This document shows, piece by piece, positions 35,375-42,517 of a stretch of 42,517 nt of DNA; positions within the stretch are counted from its first letter, which is position 1, and the number at the start of each line of letters is the position of its first letter. Source of the DNA: an uncultured Bacilli bacterium (GTDB lineage: Bacteria; Bacillota_I; Bacilli_A; RF39; UBA660); contig CANRGQ010000001.1 of NCBI GenBank assembly GCA_947630195.1, positions 1-42,517 of the forward strand. The letters run 5' to 3'. A model generated the notes under the pieces. That model was not told where the DNA came from and ran no database searches. It saw only the letters and a list, made by a program, of their open reading frames with translations. The position numbers and the translations under genes were made by a program.

Positions 35375-35971
35375 GTGGCAAAAGAAGTCGTAAAAAGAAT
35401 TAAGTTAGAGATTGAAGCAGGAAAAGCGACTCCCGCTCCACCAGTTGGTACTGTTTTAGGACCTGCTGGAATCAATTTACAAGAATTTTGTACGAAATTC
35501 AATGATGCAACAAAAGATAAAATGGGCGATGTTGTTCCTTGTGAAATTTCTATTTATGAAGACAGAACTTTTGATTTTGTTCTAAAGACTCCACCAGCAG
35601 GTTTCTTACTAAAGAAAGTTGCAAAGATTGCTAAAGGTAGTCCAAAAGGAGCAAATCATATCGTTGCTACAATTAGTGAAGCAGATCTTAGAAGTATTGC
35701 TGAAACTAAATTACCAGATTTAAATGCTTATACCGTTGAAGAAGCAATGAATATCATTGAAGGTACAGCAAGAAATATGGGAATTGCGGTTGCTGGTCGT
35801 ACGGATAAAGAACTTGCCGAACAAGAAAAAGAATCTGAAGCTGAAGAAAAAGAAATGGCTAAGAGAGAAGCTGAACTTGAAGAAATGGAAGCAGGTCTTG
35901 ATGCTGAAGTTGAAGTTCCAGTAATTGGTGACGAAGAAAAATCTGAAGAAGAAACTGAAGAAGAAAAATAA
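35375..35971 (+). CDS. rplK: 50S ribosomal protein L11 with a ~58-aa acidic C-terminal extension
   Basis: GTG start after AGGAGG. The canonical L11 core is [34 protein letters not shown]...GTARNMGI. The extra tail is [57 protein letters not shown]. Confidence 0.9.
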   Translation: MAKEVVKRIKLEIEAGKATPAPPVGTVLGPAGINLQEFCTKFNDATKDKMGDVVPCEISIYEDRTFDFVLKTPPAGFLLKKVAKIAKGSPKGANHIVATISEADLRSIAETKLPDLNAYTVEEAMNIIEGTARNMGIAVAGRTDKELAEQEKESEAEEKEMAKREAELEEMEAGLDAEVEVPVIGDEEKSEEETEEEK

Positions 35972-36027
35972 TATAATAATGATAATAAAAAATCCGCTAA
36001 TTAACCACAGTTAGGAGGGAAGAAGTT

Positions 36028-36726
36028 TTGAGAAAACATAGTAAAAAATATGTGGAAGTTGCTAAATTAATTGATAGCAACAAATTATATACTAAAGAAG
36101 AAGCTATTGATTTAGTTAAAAAATCTAATGTTACCAAATTTGATAGTACGGTTGAAGTAGCTATTAAACTTAACATTGATGCTAAAAAAACTGATCAACA
36201 ATTACGTGGTTCTTTAGTTTTACCTAATGGAACTGGTAAAAGTAAGAAAGTATTAGTTATTGCTAAAGGTGATGCTGCTGCATTAGCTAAAGATGCTGGT
36301 GCTGATTATGTTGGCGATAAAGACATGCTTGATAAAATCAAAAATGAAAACTGGTTTGATTTTGATGTTGTTGTGGCAACTCCTGACATGATGCCAGAAG
36401 TTGGAAAAATCGGTAACATTTTAGGACCTAAAGGTTTAATGCCAAACCCTAAAACTAATACTGTTACAATGAAGGTTGCTGAAGTTGTTAAAGACTTAAA
36501 AAGTGGTATGGTAACTTATAAGAATGACTCTTATGGTAATGTTCATACTATTATTGGTAAATCTTCATTTGAGGCATCTAAATTACTAGAAAATTTAGAG
36601 TATGTAATTAGAACTATCAATAAAGCAAAACCAAATACGGTTAAAGGTATCTTTATTGATAAGATAAGTGTTGCTACTACTATGGGCCCTGGAATTAAAG
36701 TTGATAAAAATTCCTTTGACATTTAG
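36028..36726 (+). CDS. rplA: 50S ribosomal protein L1
   Basis: TTG start after AGGAGGG. Typical L1 sequence: DQQLRGSLVLPNGTGKSKKVLV...ATPDMMPEVGKIGNILGPKGLMPNPK. Confidence 0.95.
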   Translation: MRKHSKKYVEVAKLIDSNKLYTKEEAIDLVKKSNVTKFDSTVEVAIKLNIDAKKTDQQLRGSLVLPNGTGKSKKVLVIAKGDAAALAKDAGADYVGDKDMLDKIKNENWFDFDVVVATPDMMPEVGKIGNILGPKGLMPNPKTNTVTMKVAEVVKDLKSGMVTYKNDSYGNVHTIIGKSSFEASKLLENLEYVIRTINKAKPNTVKGIFIDKISVATTMGPGIKVDKNSFDI

Positions 36727-36749
36727 GAAGTAGTATATTATAATAAATT

Positions 36750-36884
36750 TTAAGAAAAGAAACCGAAGACAGTAGGGAAGGAAACTTTTAATAATCCTAC
36801 CGAGGGGAAATTTAAATAACTTATGTTTTTTGAAGCTTCCCTTAACGCGGAAGCTTTTCTTGAAAAATAAAATAAGGAGGAAAT
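36750..36884 (+). promoter_or_regulatory. rplJ 5' leader (L10-leader-like attenuator region)
   Basis: A structured non-coding gap before rplJ. The hairpin GAAGCTTCC-CTTAACGC-GGAAGCTTT (36832-36857) runs into a T-rich tail, and a GTAGG/CCTAC pairing lies upstream. Position and form fit the Firmicute L10 leader, but no covariance model was run. Confidence 0.45.
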
Positions 36885-37385
36885 ATGGCAAGCGAAAAAA
36901 ATCTTAATGAAAAGAAAGAAATCGTGAAGGAAATTGTTGATAATATCAAGAATAGTGAATCTGTCATTATGTTTCAATATCAAGGCCTAACTGTTTCTGA
37001 AATGACTGAACTAAGAAATAAGTTAAATGAAGTATCTAGTTCTGTTAGGATTTATAAAAATACTCTTTTAAAAAGAGCATTAGATGAACTTAACATTAAT
37101 ATGGATAGCTTCTTAGATGGCCCAAATGCAATGCTTTTTGGTAAAAGTTTACTTGAACCAATTAAGATTATTGCAGACTTTGCTAAAGACCATGATAAAC
37201 TAAGCATACGCGTAGGAATTATCAGTGGTGATGTTGCCGATATTGATACCATTAAAGAGTATGCAAGTATTCCATCAAGAGAAGGATTACTTACAATGCT
37301 TGCAGGTGGCATGATTCAATATGTCAAAGATTTAGCAATAAGTTTAAAATTATATGCCGAACAATTAGAAGGGAAGGAGAATTAA
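36885..37385 (+). CDS. rplJ: 50S ribosomal protein L10
   Basis: Expected position and sequence (FQYQGLTVSEMTELRNKL..., 166 aa). AAGGAGG precedes the ATG. Confidence 0.95.
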   Translation: MASEKNLNEKKEIVKEIVDNIKNSESVIMFQYQGLTVSEMTELRNKLNEVSSSVRIYKNTLLKRALDELNINMDSFLDGPNAMLFGKSLLEPIKIIADFAKDHDKLSIRVGIISGDVADIDTIKEYASIPSREGLLTMLAGGMIQYVKDLAISLKLYAEQLEGKEN

Positions 37386-37386
37386 T

Positions 37387-37758
37387 ATGGCAAAATTAAC
37401 AAGAGATGAATTTATAAGTTCATTAAAAGAAATGACGGTTCTTGAAATAAAAGAATTAGTAGATGCAATGCAAGAGGAATTAGGAATTAATCCTTATGCT
37501 GTTGCTGTTGCTGCTGCTCCAGCTGCTGGTGCCGCTGAAGATGCTGGTTCTGCTACTAAGACTGTTGTTTTAAAGAATGCTGGTGGCAATAAAATTGCTG
37601 TTATTAAAATCATTAAAGAAATTACTGGTTTAGGTTTAGTTGAAGCTAAAGGACTTGCTGATAATGGTGGAAACATTAAAGAAAATGTTCCTGCTGATGA
37701 AGCAAAACAAATTGCTGACCAATTAACTGAAGCTGGTGCTGAAGTAGAACTTGCTTAA
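37387..37758 (+). CDS. rplL: 50S ribosomal protein L7/L12
   Basis: An Ala-rich hinge AVAVAAAPAAGAAE is followed by KIAVIKIIKEITGLGLVEAKGLAD. Confidence 0.95.
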   Translation: MAKLTRDEFISSLKEMTVLEIKELVDAMQEELGINPYAVAVAAAPAAGAAEDAGSATKTVVLKNAGGNKIAVIKIIKEITGLGLVEAKGLADNGGNIKENVPADEAKQIADQLTEAGAEVELA

Positions 37759-37779
37759 TTAAAAAGTTTAGAAAAAGTT

Positions 37780-37806
37780 GTTAACCTTATGGTTAACGCT
37801 TTTTTT
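37780..37806 (+). terminator. Rho-independent terminator after rplL
   Basis: GTTAACC-TTAT-GGTTAAC followed by GCTTTTTTT. Confidence 0.7.
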
Positions 37807-37859
37807 GACTATTTATATGAATTGTGCTAGAATACTTCTTAACAAAAGGGGATTTTGAG

Positions 37860-39299
37860 ATGAAAGAAGTTAAAATTAAAGATATAACAATTAGATATGA
37901 TAAGGAAGAAATAGAAGAAATAATAAATATTGTTAAAAATAATTATTCTGTAATTTATGATTGTTTGCCTTCTAAAAAGATTATTAGTTTACTAGAAACT
38001 ACCGATGAAGATATAGAGTATGTTTCTGATTTTGATGAGTTTTTTACCGATATTGTTATAGCTAATTTTAATTATTATGAAAAAGAGAAAAAACCTTTAG
38101 AAGATATAAGTACTTATTTATTACTTTTGATAAATAAATTAGATAAAATGGATGTTTCTCATTTTGAAATTCCTGCTAGTCTTCCTCTTGATAAACTTTA
38201 TTTTGTAATGGCCAAAGAATATTTTAAGGAAAATGGGACAATTAATTCATTAATTGAACATTTAAAAAATCCCATCAATAAAGAGGATGTAATTAGTTGG
38301 TTTACGGATAAAATGCGCTATCCTACATATGAATATTTATTAAATGAACAAGTTAAATGTTTAGAATCTTTAGATTTTGAATATTTAGATAATATAAATG
38401 ATATTACAGAAAGATTTTTTGAACAAATGGTATCTGACTTAAAATATAATGATTTAGAAAAAGAAGAAGAATTACCTGATATATCTTTTGAAGAGATAAG
38501 TGCCTTATTTAAAGAGTTTTTAAAAGTAGTCAAGGCTCCAGAAGAATGGCTACAACTATATCAAGAATTAAAAGATAATGGTTTCATTTATTATAACGAG
38601 CCAGAAGAGGGAAAAACTTCTGAATGTTATGTAGATAAAGACGGTCATTTAAAAATTATGATTTATGGTAAAGGACTTATGGCATTTAAAATTCTTTGCC
38701 ATGAATTTGGTCATTATGTATCTATGTATAAAGGTAATAAGAATATTAAACCTTCTATTTCTGAATTTCCTAGTATTTTCTTAGAATACTTGGCCATAGG
38801 TTTTTTAAAGTTTAAAGGTTATAATGATAATATTTTAAATAATTTAGAAAAAAGGCGGATGCTTAATAATTTTGATATCATGTGTTTTACTTATCCTATT
38901 TTAAATGATATAGCGGATTTGTATAAAAATAAAGAAGATTTTATTTCAAGGAAAAAGGCTAAAGCCCAAAAAATATGCGAAGATATTGAGCTAAAATATA
39001 AAATAGATTATCCTAAAGAATTAAGTTATAATCCAGAAGAAACATTAAATAAGGAAGTTGATTTTGCAACGATGCTTATTATTAAAAATCCCACGATAAT
39101 TTTAGAAAGTTATCAATATTTATTAGGAACTTATTTAGCTAGAGAGACGGTTATTAAATTTCATGAAGATGCTAGTATTTTAAATAAAGTTTTTGAAATT
39201 ATCAATAATTTAGATAATGTTAATTTAAAAGATATTATTGAGTATTTAAACTTACCAGATATTTTAAAAAATTCGCAATTTATTTCAAAACTTGCTTAG
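37860..39299 (+). CDS. HExxH zinc-metallopeptidase-like protein (M3/PepF-like motif HEFGH)
   Basis: Track ORF 37824..39299. I prefer the ATG at 37860 (MKEVKIKD) after GGGGA. LCHEFGHY lies at about two-thirds of the length. The rest is unrecognised. Confidence 0.6.
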   Translation: MKEVKIKDITIRYDKEEIEEIINIVKNNYSVIYDCLPSKKIISLLETTDEDIEYVSDFDEFFTDIVIANFNYYEKEKKPLEDISTYLLLLINKLDKMDVSHFEIPASLPLDKLYFVMAKEYFKENGTINSLIEHLKNPINKEDVISWFTDKMRYPTYEYLLNEQVKCLESLDFEYLDNINDITERFFEQMVSDLKYNDLEKEEELPDISFEEISALFKEFLKVVKAPEEWLQLYQELKDNGFIYYNEPEEGKTSECYVDKDGHLKIMIYGKGLMAFKILCHEFGHYVSMYKGNKNIKPSISEFPSIFLEYLAIGFLKFKGYNDNILNNLEKRRMLNNFDIMCFTYPILNDIADLYKNKEDFISRKKAKAQKICEDIELKYKIDYPKELSYNPEETLNKEVDFATMLIIKNPTIILESYQYLLGTYLARETVIKFHEDASILNKVFEIINNLDNVNLKDIIEYLNLPDILKNSQFISKLA

Positions 39300-39406
39300 G
39301 ATATAAAAAAATAAATAATTGTAAAAATATAAGGAATATAAGTAAACTATGGCAAAGTAGTTTGCTTTTTTAGGCCATTTAATTTATAATAATTATTGGT
39401 GATACT

Positions 39407-39676
39407 ATGAAGAAGACATTGGGGATTATACTTAAAGTATTAATTGTAACACTAGTCATAATGTGGGTAGGTTTAATTGTGATTGAATTTAATCGTTATA
39501 AGAATAATGAACCAATGTTAGTAGTATTAAAAGAAGATACCCTAACATACCCTGATGGGCATGTCTATGTTTATTATGGACTAGGTTATAAATCAATTAC
39601 TTATGAAAGAACAAGCTTATATGGTAAAGAGTTTGGTCATATATTTATAAATGTAAGAGAAAGTGTTAAAGGTTAG
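39407..39676 (+). CDS. Small membrane-anchored hypothetical protein
   Basis: 89 aa with an N-terminal TM helix (ILKVLIVTLVIMWVGLIVI). Confidence 0.5.
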   Translation: MKKTLGIILKVLIVTLVIMWVGLIVIEFNRYKNNEPMLVVLKEDTLTYPDGHVYVYYGLGYKSITYERTSLYGKEFGHIFINVRESVKG

Positions 39677-39685
39677 GTGTATTAT

Positions 39686-40060
39686 ATGAAAAAAAATGGA
39701 TGGGGAACATTACAAATGCTTTTATTAAGTGGGGGATTATTACTGGCTTTATTAATCGCCGTTTTCTTTATATCTAAATTATATGGTTCTTATGAAGGCT
39801 CTAAAAGCAATAAAGAATATGCGGATTTAGAAGCCAGAATTGAAAACGCCGCCGCTTTATTTATTAGATTAAATAGTATTGAAGTATCTGATACTTTTAG
39901 AGTGGATTTAGAGGCTCTTCAAAATAGTGGTTTAGTTAATGATTTTAAAGATGATTTAGGGCGGGGTTGTGATGGTTATGTTATCGTCATTAAAAACGAT
40001 ATTGCTTATGATTATGAAGGAAGAATTAAGTGTCCTAATTATACAACTATAAATTATTAA
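39686..40060 (+). CDS. Small protein with a degenerate type IV pilin/pseudopilin-like N-terminus
   Basis: I prefer the ATG at 39686. In MKKNG|WGTLQMLLLSGGLLLALLIAVFF, a Gly is followed by an aromatic residue and Gln sits at +5 where pilins carry Glu, then comes a hydrophobic helix. The size (~124 aa) is ComGC/GD-like. Confidence 0.45.
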   Translation: MKKNGWGTLQMLLLSGGLLLALLIAVFFISKLYGSYEGSKSNKEYADLEARIENAAALFIRLNSIEVSDTFRVDLEALQNSGLVNDFKDDLGRGCDGYVIVIKNDIAYDYEGRIKCPNYTTINY

Positions 40061-40078
40061 AAAAATGTATAAAAAATA

Positions 40079-40108
40079 TTGACAAAACATATATTAAAAT
40101 GGTATATT
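40079..40108 (+). promoter_or_regulatory. Promoter: TTGACA, 18-nt spacer, (TGg)TATATT, for rpsL-rpsG-fusA
   Basis: Read directly, ~95 nt upstream of the rpsL ATG. Confidence 0.6.
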
Positions 40109-40201
40109 AATAACGCATTTTATTTAGGTTCTACCTTGGTAGAACTTAATTTAAAAGAAATTATGACACACTTGGGTTAGTGTTAATGGAAAGGAGAAAA
40201 T

Positions 40202-40612
40202 ATGCCTACAATTAATCAATTAGTTAAGAAAAATCGTCAAAAGAAAACGAAAAAGAGTAAAAGTCCCGTATTAAATGTGGGATTCAATACCTTAGAAAGA
40301 AAACAAACTGATGCGAAAAGCCCTCAAAAAAGAGGAGTTTGTACTCGTGTAGGAACTAAGACACCAAAGAAACCAAACTCAGCCTTACGTAAATATGCGA
40401 GAGTAAGACTTTCAAATGGTAAAGAAATCGATGCTTACATTCCTGGTGAAGGACACAACTTACAAGAACACAGTGTTGTTTTAGTACGTGGTGGACGTGT
40501 AAAAGATTTAATCGGTGTTCGTTATCACATTGTTCGTGGTACATTAGATACTCATGGTGTTGAAAATAGAAAACAAGCCCGTAGTAGATATGGTACTAAA
40601 AAAAGTAAATAA
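40202..40612 (+). CDS. rpsL: 30S ribosomal protein S12
   Basis: MPTINQL...[17 protein letters not shown]...[15 protein letters not shown]. Note the Ile where Pro is normally found. Confidence 0.95.
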   Translation: MPTINQLVKKNRQKKTKKSKSPVLNVGFNTLERKQTDAKSPQKRGVCTRVGTKTPKKPNSALRKYARVRLSNGKEIDAYIPGEGHNLQEHSVVLVRGGRVKDLIGVRYHIVRGTLDTHGVENRKQARSRYGTKKSK

Positions 40613-40645
40613 TTAAATAAATAAATAAGAGAAGGAGGAAAACAT

Positions 40646-41113
40646 ATGCGTAAAAGAAGAGCAGTTAAAAGAGATGTTTTACCAGATCCTATATATAATT
40701 CGAAAGTTGTTACTAAACTTGTTAATGCAATTATGTTAGATGGTAAAAAAGGTACTGCCCAAAAGATTTTATATGAAGCTTTTGATATTGTCGAAAAACA
40801 AACTGGTAAAAAAGCCATGGAAGTTTACGAAGAAGCTTTAAAAAATATAAGTCCAGCACTTGAAGTTAAATCTCGTCGTGTAGGTGGTTCTAACTATCAA
40901 GTACCGATGGAAGTTACTGATGAAAGAGCGCAAACTTTGGCCCTTCGTTGGTTAGTAAATTATGCAAAATTAAGAAATGGAAAGGGAATGGCTATAAATT
41001 TAGCAAATGAAATTATTGATGCTGCTAATGGTGAAGGTGGAGCGGTTAAAAAGCGTGAAGATACTCACAAAATGGCTGAAGCAAATAAAGCATTTGCTCA
41101 TTATAGATGGTAG
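40646..41113 (+). CDS. rpsG: 30S ribosomal protein S7
   Basis: Typical S7 sequence: [16 protein letters not shown]...[17 protein letters not shown]...AFAHYRW. Confidence 0.95.
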   Translation: MRKRRAVKRDVLPDPIYNSKVVTKLVNAIMLDGKKGTAQKILYEAFDIVEKQTGKKAMEVYEEALKNISPALEVKSRRVGGSNYQVPMEVTDERAQTLALRWLVNYAKLRNGKGMAINLANEIIDAANGEGGAVKKREDTHKMAEANKAFAHYRW

Positions 41114-41119
41114 TGTGAT

Positions 41120-42517
41120 ATGGCAAGAGATGTTACAATAGATAAGATTCGTAATATTGGTATAATGGCCCATATAGATGCCGGTAAAACTACTTTTACA
41201 GAAAGAGTTTTATTCCATACTGGTATTACTCATAAAATTGGGGAAACTCACGATGGAGAATCCCAAATGGACTGGATGGAACAAGAAAAAGAAAGAGGTA
41301 TCACGATTACTAGTGCGGCTACTACAGCCCATTGGAAAGGATATCGTCTAAATATCATTGATACTCCGGGACACGTAGACTTCACTGTTGAAGTTCAAAG
41401 AAGTTTAAGAGTATTAGATGGTTCTATCTGCCTACTTGATGGTAATGCTGGGGTTGAACCTCAATCCGAAACAGTATGGCGTCAAGCTACGGAATATAAA
41501 GTACCAAGAATGATATTCGTTAATAAAATGGATAAATTAGGTGCGGATTTTGAATTTAGTTTAGACACAATTGGTAAAAGATTAGGAGTTAATTATGCCC
41601 CTATTCAATGGCCAATTGGAGCGGAAAATGATTTTCATGGAATCGTTGATTTACTAGAAAAGAAAGCTTATACTTTCGATAGAGCCGATGAACATGAAAA
41701 TTATAAAGAAATTCCTATTCCTGATGATTTAAAAGATTTAGTAGAAACTAAAAGACTTGAATTAATCGAAAAGGCTGTGGAATTTGATGATGCTTTAATG
41801 GAAAAATACTTAAATGGTGAAGAATTAAGTGTTCCCGAAATTAAAAGTGCTATCCGTAAAGGTGTTTTAAAAGCTGAATTCTTCCCAGTATTATGTGGAA
41901 GTGCCTTATCAAATACAGGTGTTAAATTAGCACTAGATGCTGTTATTGATTACATGCCTGCTCCAACAGATGTTGAAGCTATTGAATGTACTGACTTTAA
42001 TGGTAATATTGTTAAAAGACATCCAAGTGATTCAGAACCATTTATGGCTATGGCTTTCAAAATTGCCGCTGACCCTTATGTTGGTCACTTAGCATTCTTT
42101 AGAGTTTATTCTGGTCACTTATCAAGTGGTTCATACATTTTAAATAGTACGAAAAACGTTAAAGAAAGAGTTGGACGTATTTTACAAATGCATGCCAACC
42201 AAAGAAAAGAAATAACTGATGTTTATACAGGTGAAATTGCCGCTTTAGTTGGTTTAAAAAATACCACTACAGCAGATACCTTATGTGATGAAAAGAATCC
42301 CGTAATCATGAATGGTATGGAATTCCCTGATCCAGTTATTGATGAAGCAATCGAACCAAAGAGTAAAGCTGATCAAGAAAAACTTGGCCAAGCCTTACAA
42401 AAACTTGCGGAAGAAGATCCAACATTCAGATATAAAACAGATCCTGAAACTGGTCAAACAGTTATCAGTGGGATGGGTGAATTACACCTTGAAGTTTTAG
42501 TTAGAAGAATGAAAGAT
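41120..42517 (+). CDS. fusA: Elongation factor G (N-terminal 466 codons; continues beyond the window)
   Basis: Not in the track because there is no stop in the window. My translation reads [35 protein letters not shown]...[19 protein letters not shown]...[15 protein letters not shown]...FVNKMDK. The frame is open to the last base. Confidence 0.95.
   Translation, partial: MARDVTIDKIRNIGIMAHIDAGKTTFTERVLFHTGITHKIGETHDGESQMDWMEQEKERGITITSAATTAHWKGYRLNIIDTPGHVDFTVEVQRSLRVLDGSICLLDGNAGVEPQSETVWRQATEYKVPRMIFVNKMDKLGADFEFSLDTIGKRLGVNYAPIQWPIGAENDFHGIVDLLEKKAYTFDRADEHENYKEIPIPDDLKDLVETKRLELIEKAVEFDDALMEKYLNGEELSVPEIKSAIRKGVLKAEFFPVLCGSALSNTGVKLALDAVIDYMPAPTDVEAIECTDFNGNIVKRHPSDSEPFMAMAFKIAADPYVGHLAFFRVYSGHLSSGSYILNSTKNVKERVGRILQMHANQRKEITDVYTGEIAALVGLKNTTTADTLCDEKNPVIMNGMEFPDPVIDEAIEPKSKADQEKLGQALQKLAEEDPTFRYKTDPETGQTVISGMGELHLEVLVRRMKD

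Noticed and set aside
36595-37676. Minus-strand ORFs over rplA, the rplJ leader, rplJ and rplL (36595-36891, 36750-36983, 37052-37312, 37494-37676). Also 40356-40818 over rpsL/rpsG, and the plus-strand off-frame ORF 42312-42500 inside fusA.
   Set aside because: They overlap universally conserved ribosomal and EF-G coding sequence, so they are spurious.
1-42517. Alternative genetic code (TGA=Trp as in Mollicutes, or TAG/TGA recoding), considered because of the extreme AT content
   Set aside because: ORFs of 1052, 1023 and 774 aa are uninterrupted under the standard code. Conserved Trp positions in EF-G are TGG. rplA ends with TAG at the expected C-terminus, and TGA ends the small ORF at 3127. 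The in-frame TAG before the DUF4313-like ORF is better explained by a separate SD-ATT start.
1-42517. CRISPR arrays, prophage structural modules, rRNA genes, IS elements/transposases
   Set aside because: I found no regularly spaced direct repeats. I found no capsid, terminase, portal or tail motifs, no rRNA-like sequence, and no DDE or serine/tyrosine recombinase motifs in any of the translated frames provided.

Overview
Very AT-rich Gram-positive (Bacilli/Erysipelotrichia-like) chromosomal segment using the standard genetic code. ORFs over 1000 aa are uninterrupted, Trp is TGG in EF-G, and TAA, TAG and TGA all end genes. The window has three parts.

(1) 1 to ~17 kb, all on the minus strand: the transfer module of an integrated conjugative/mobilisable element. 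It holds an XRE repressor, a MobC-like accessory protein with a MOBP/Q-type relaxase, and a candidate oriT. It also has an M23 cell-wall hydrolase, a VirB4-like ATPase, PrgI/VirB3-like and VirB6-like membrane proteins, and a dedicated sortase with a ~1000-aa adhesin (Cna-B repeats, thioester-like N-domain). An orphan beta-class DNA methyltransferase and an ArpU/sigma-like regulator complete it. No coupling protein or integrase is present in the window.

(2) ~17-35 kb, accessory region:
- A translationally coupled radical-SAM enzyme plus MazG-Nudix fusion, next to a LysR regulator.
- Two tandem paralogous secreted proteins with SipW/TasA-type signal peptides, behind a promoter whose 19-nt spacer ends in a G9 tract.
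- A tRNA 5'-half remnant, a histidine phosphatase, and an HTH-membrane protein followed by a fused MacB-like ABC transporter.
- A DUF4143-type ATPase, and a double-HTH regulator divergent from two further secreted Cys-module proteins.

(3) 35.2-42.5 kb: rplK-rplA-rplJ-rplL, then a non-ribosomal insert where rpoBC usually sits, then rpsL-rpsG-fusA.

Best leads:
- the poly-G promoter switch on the TasA-like pair;
- the radical-SAM/MazG-Nudix operon as possible nucleotide-directed cargo or defence;
- recurrent GGAGG + 7-8 nt + ATT/ATA apparent start codons in the transfer genes;
- a Pro-to-Ile change at the streptomycin-phenotype position of S12;
- an acidic ~58-aa tail on L11.
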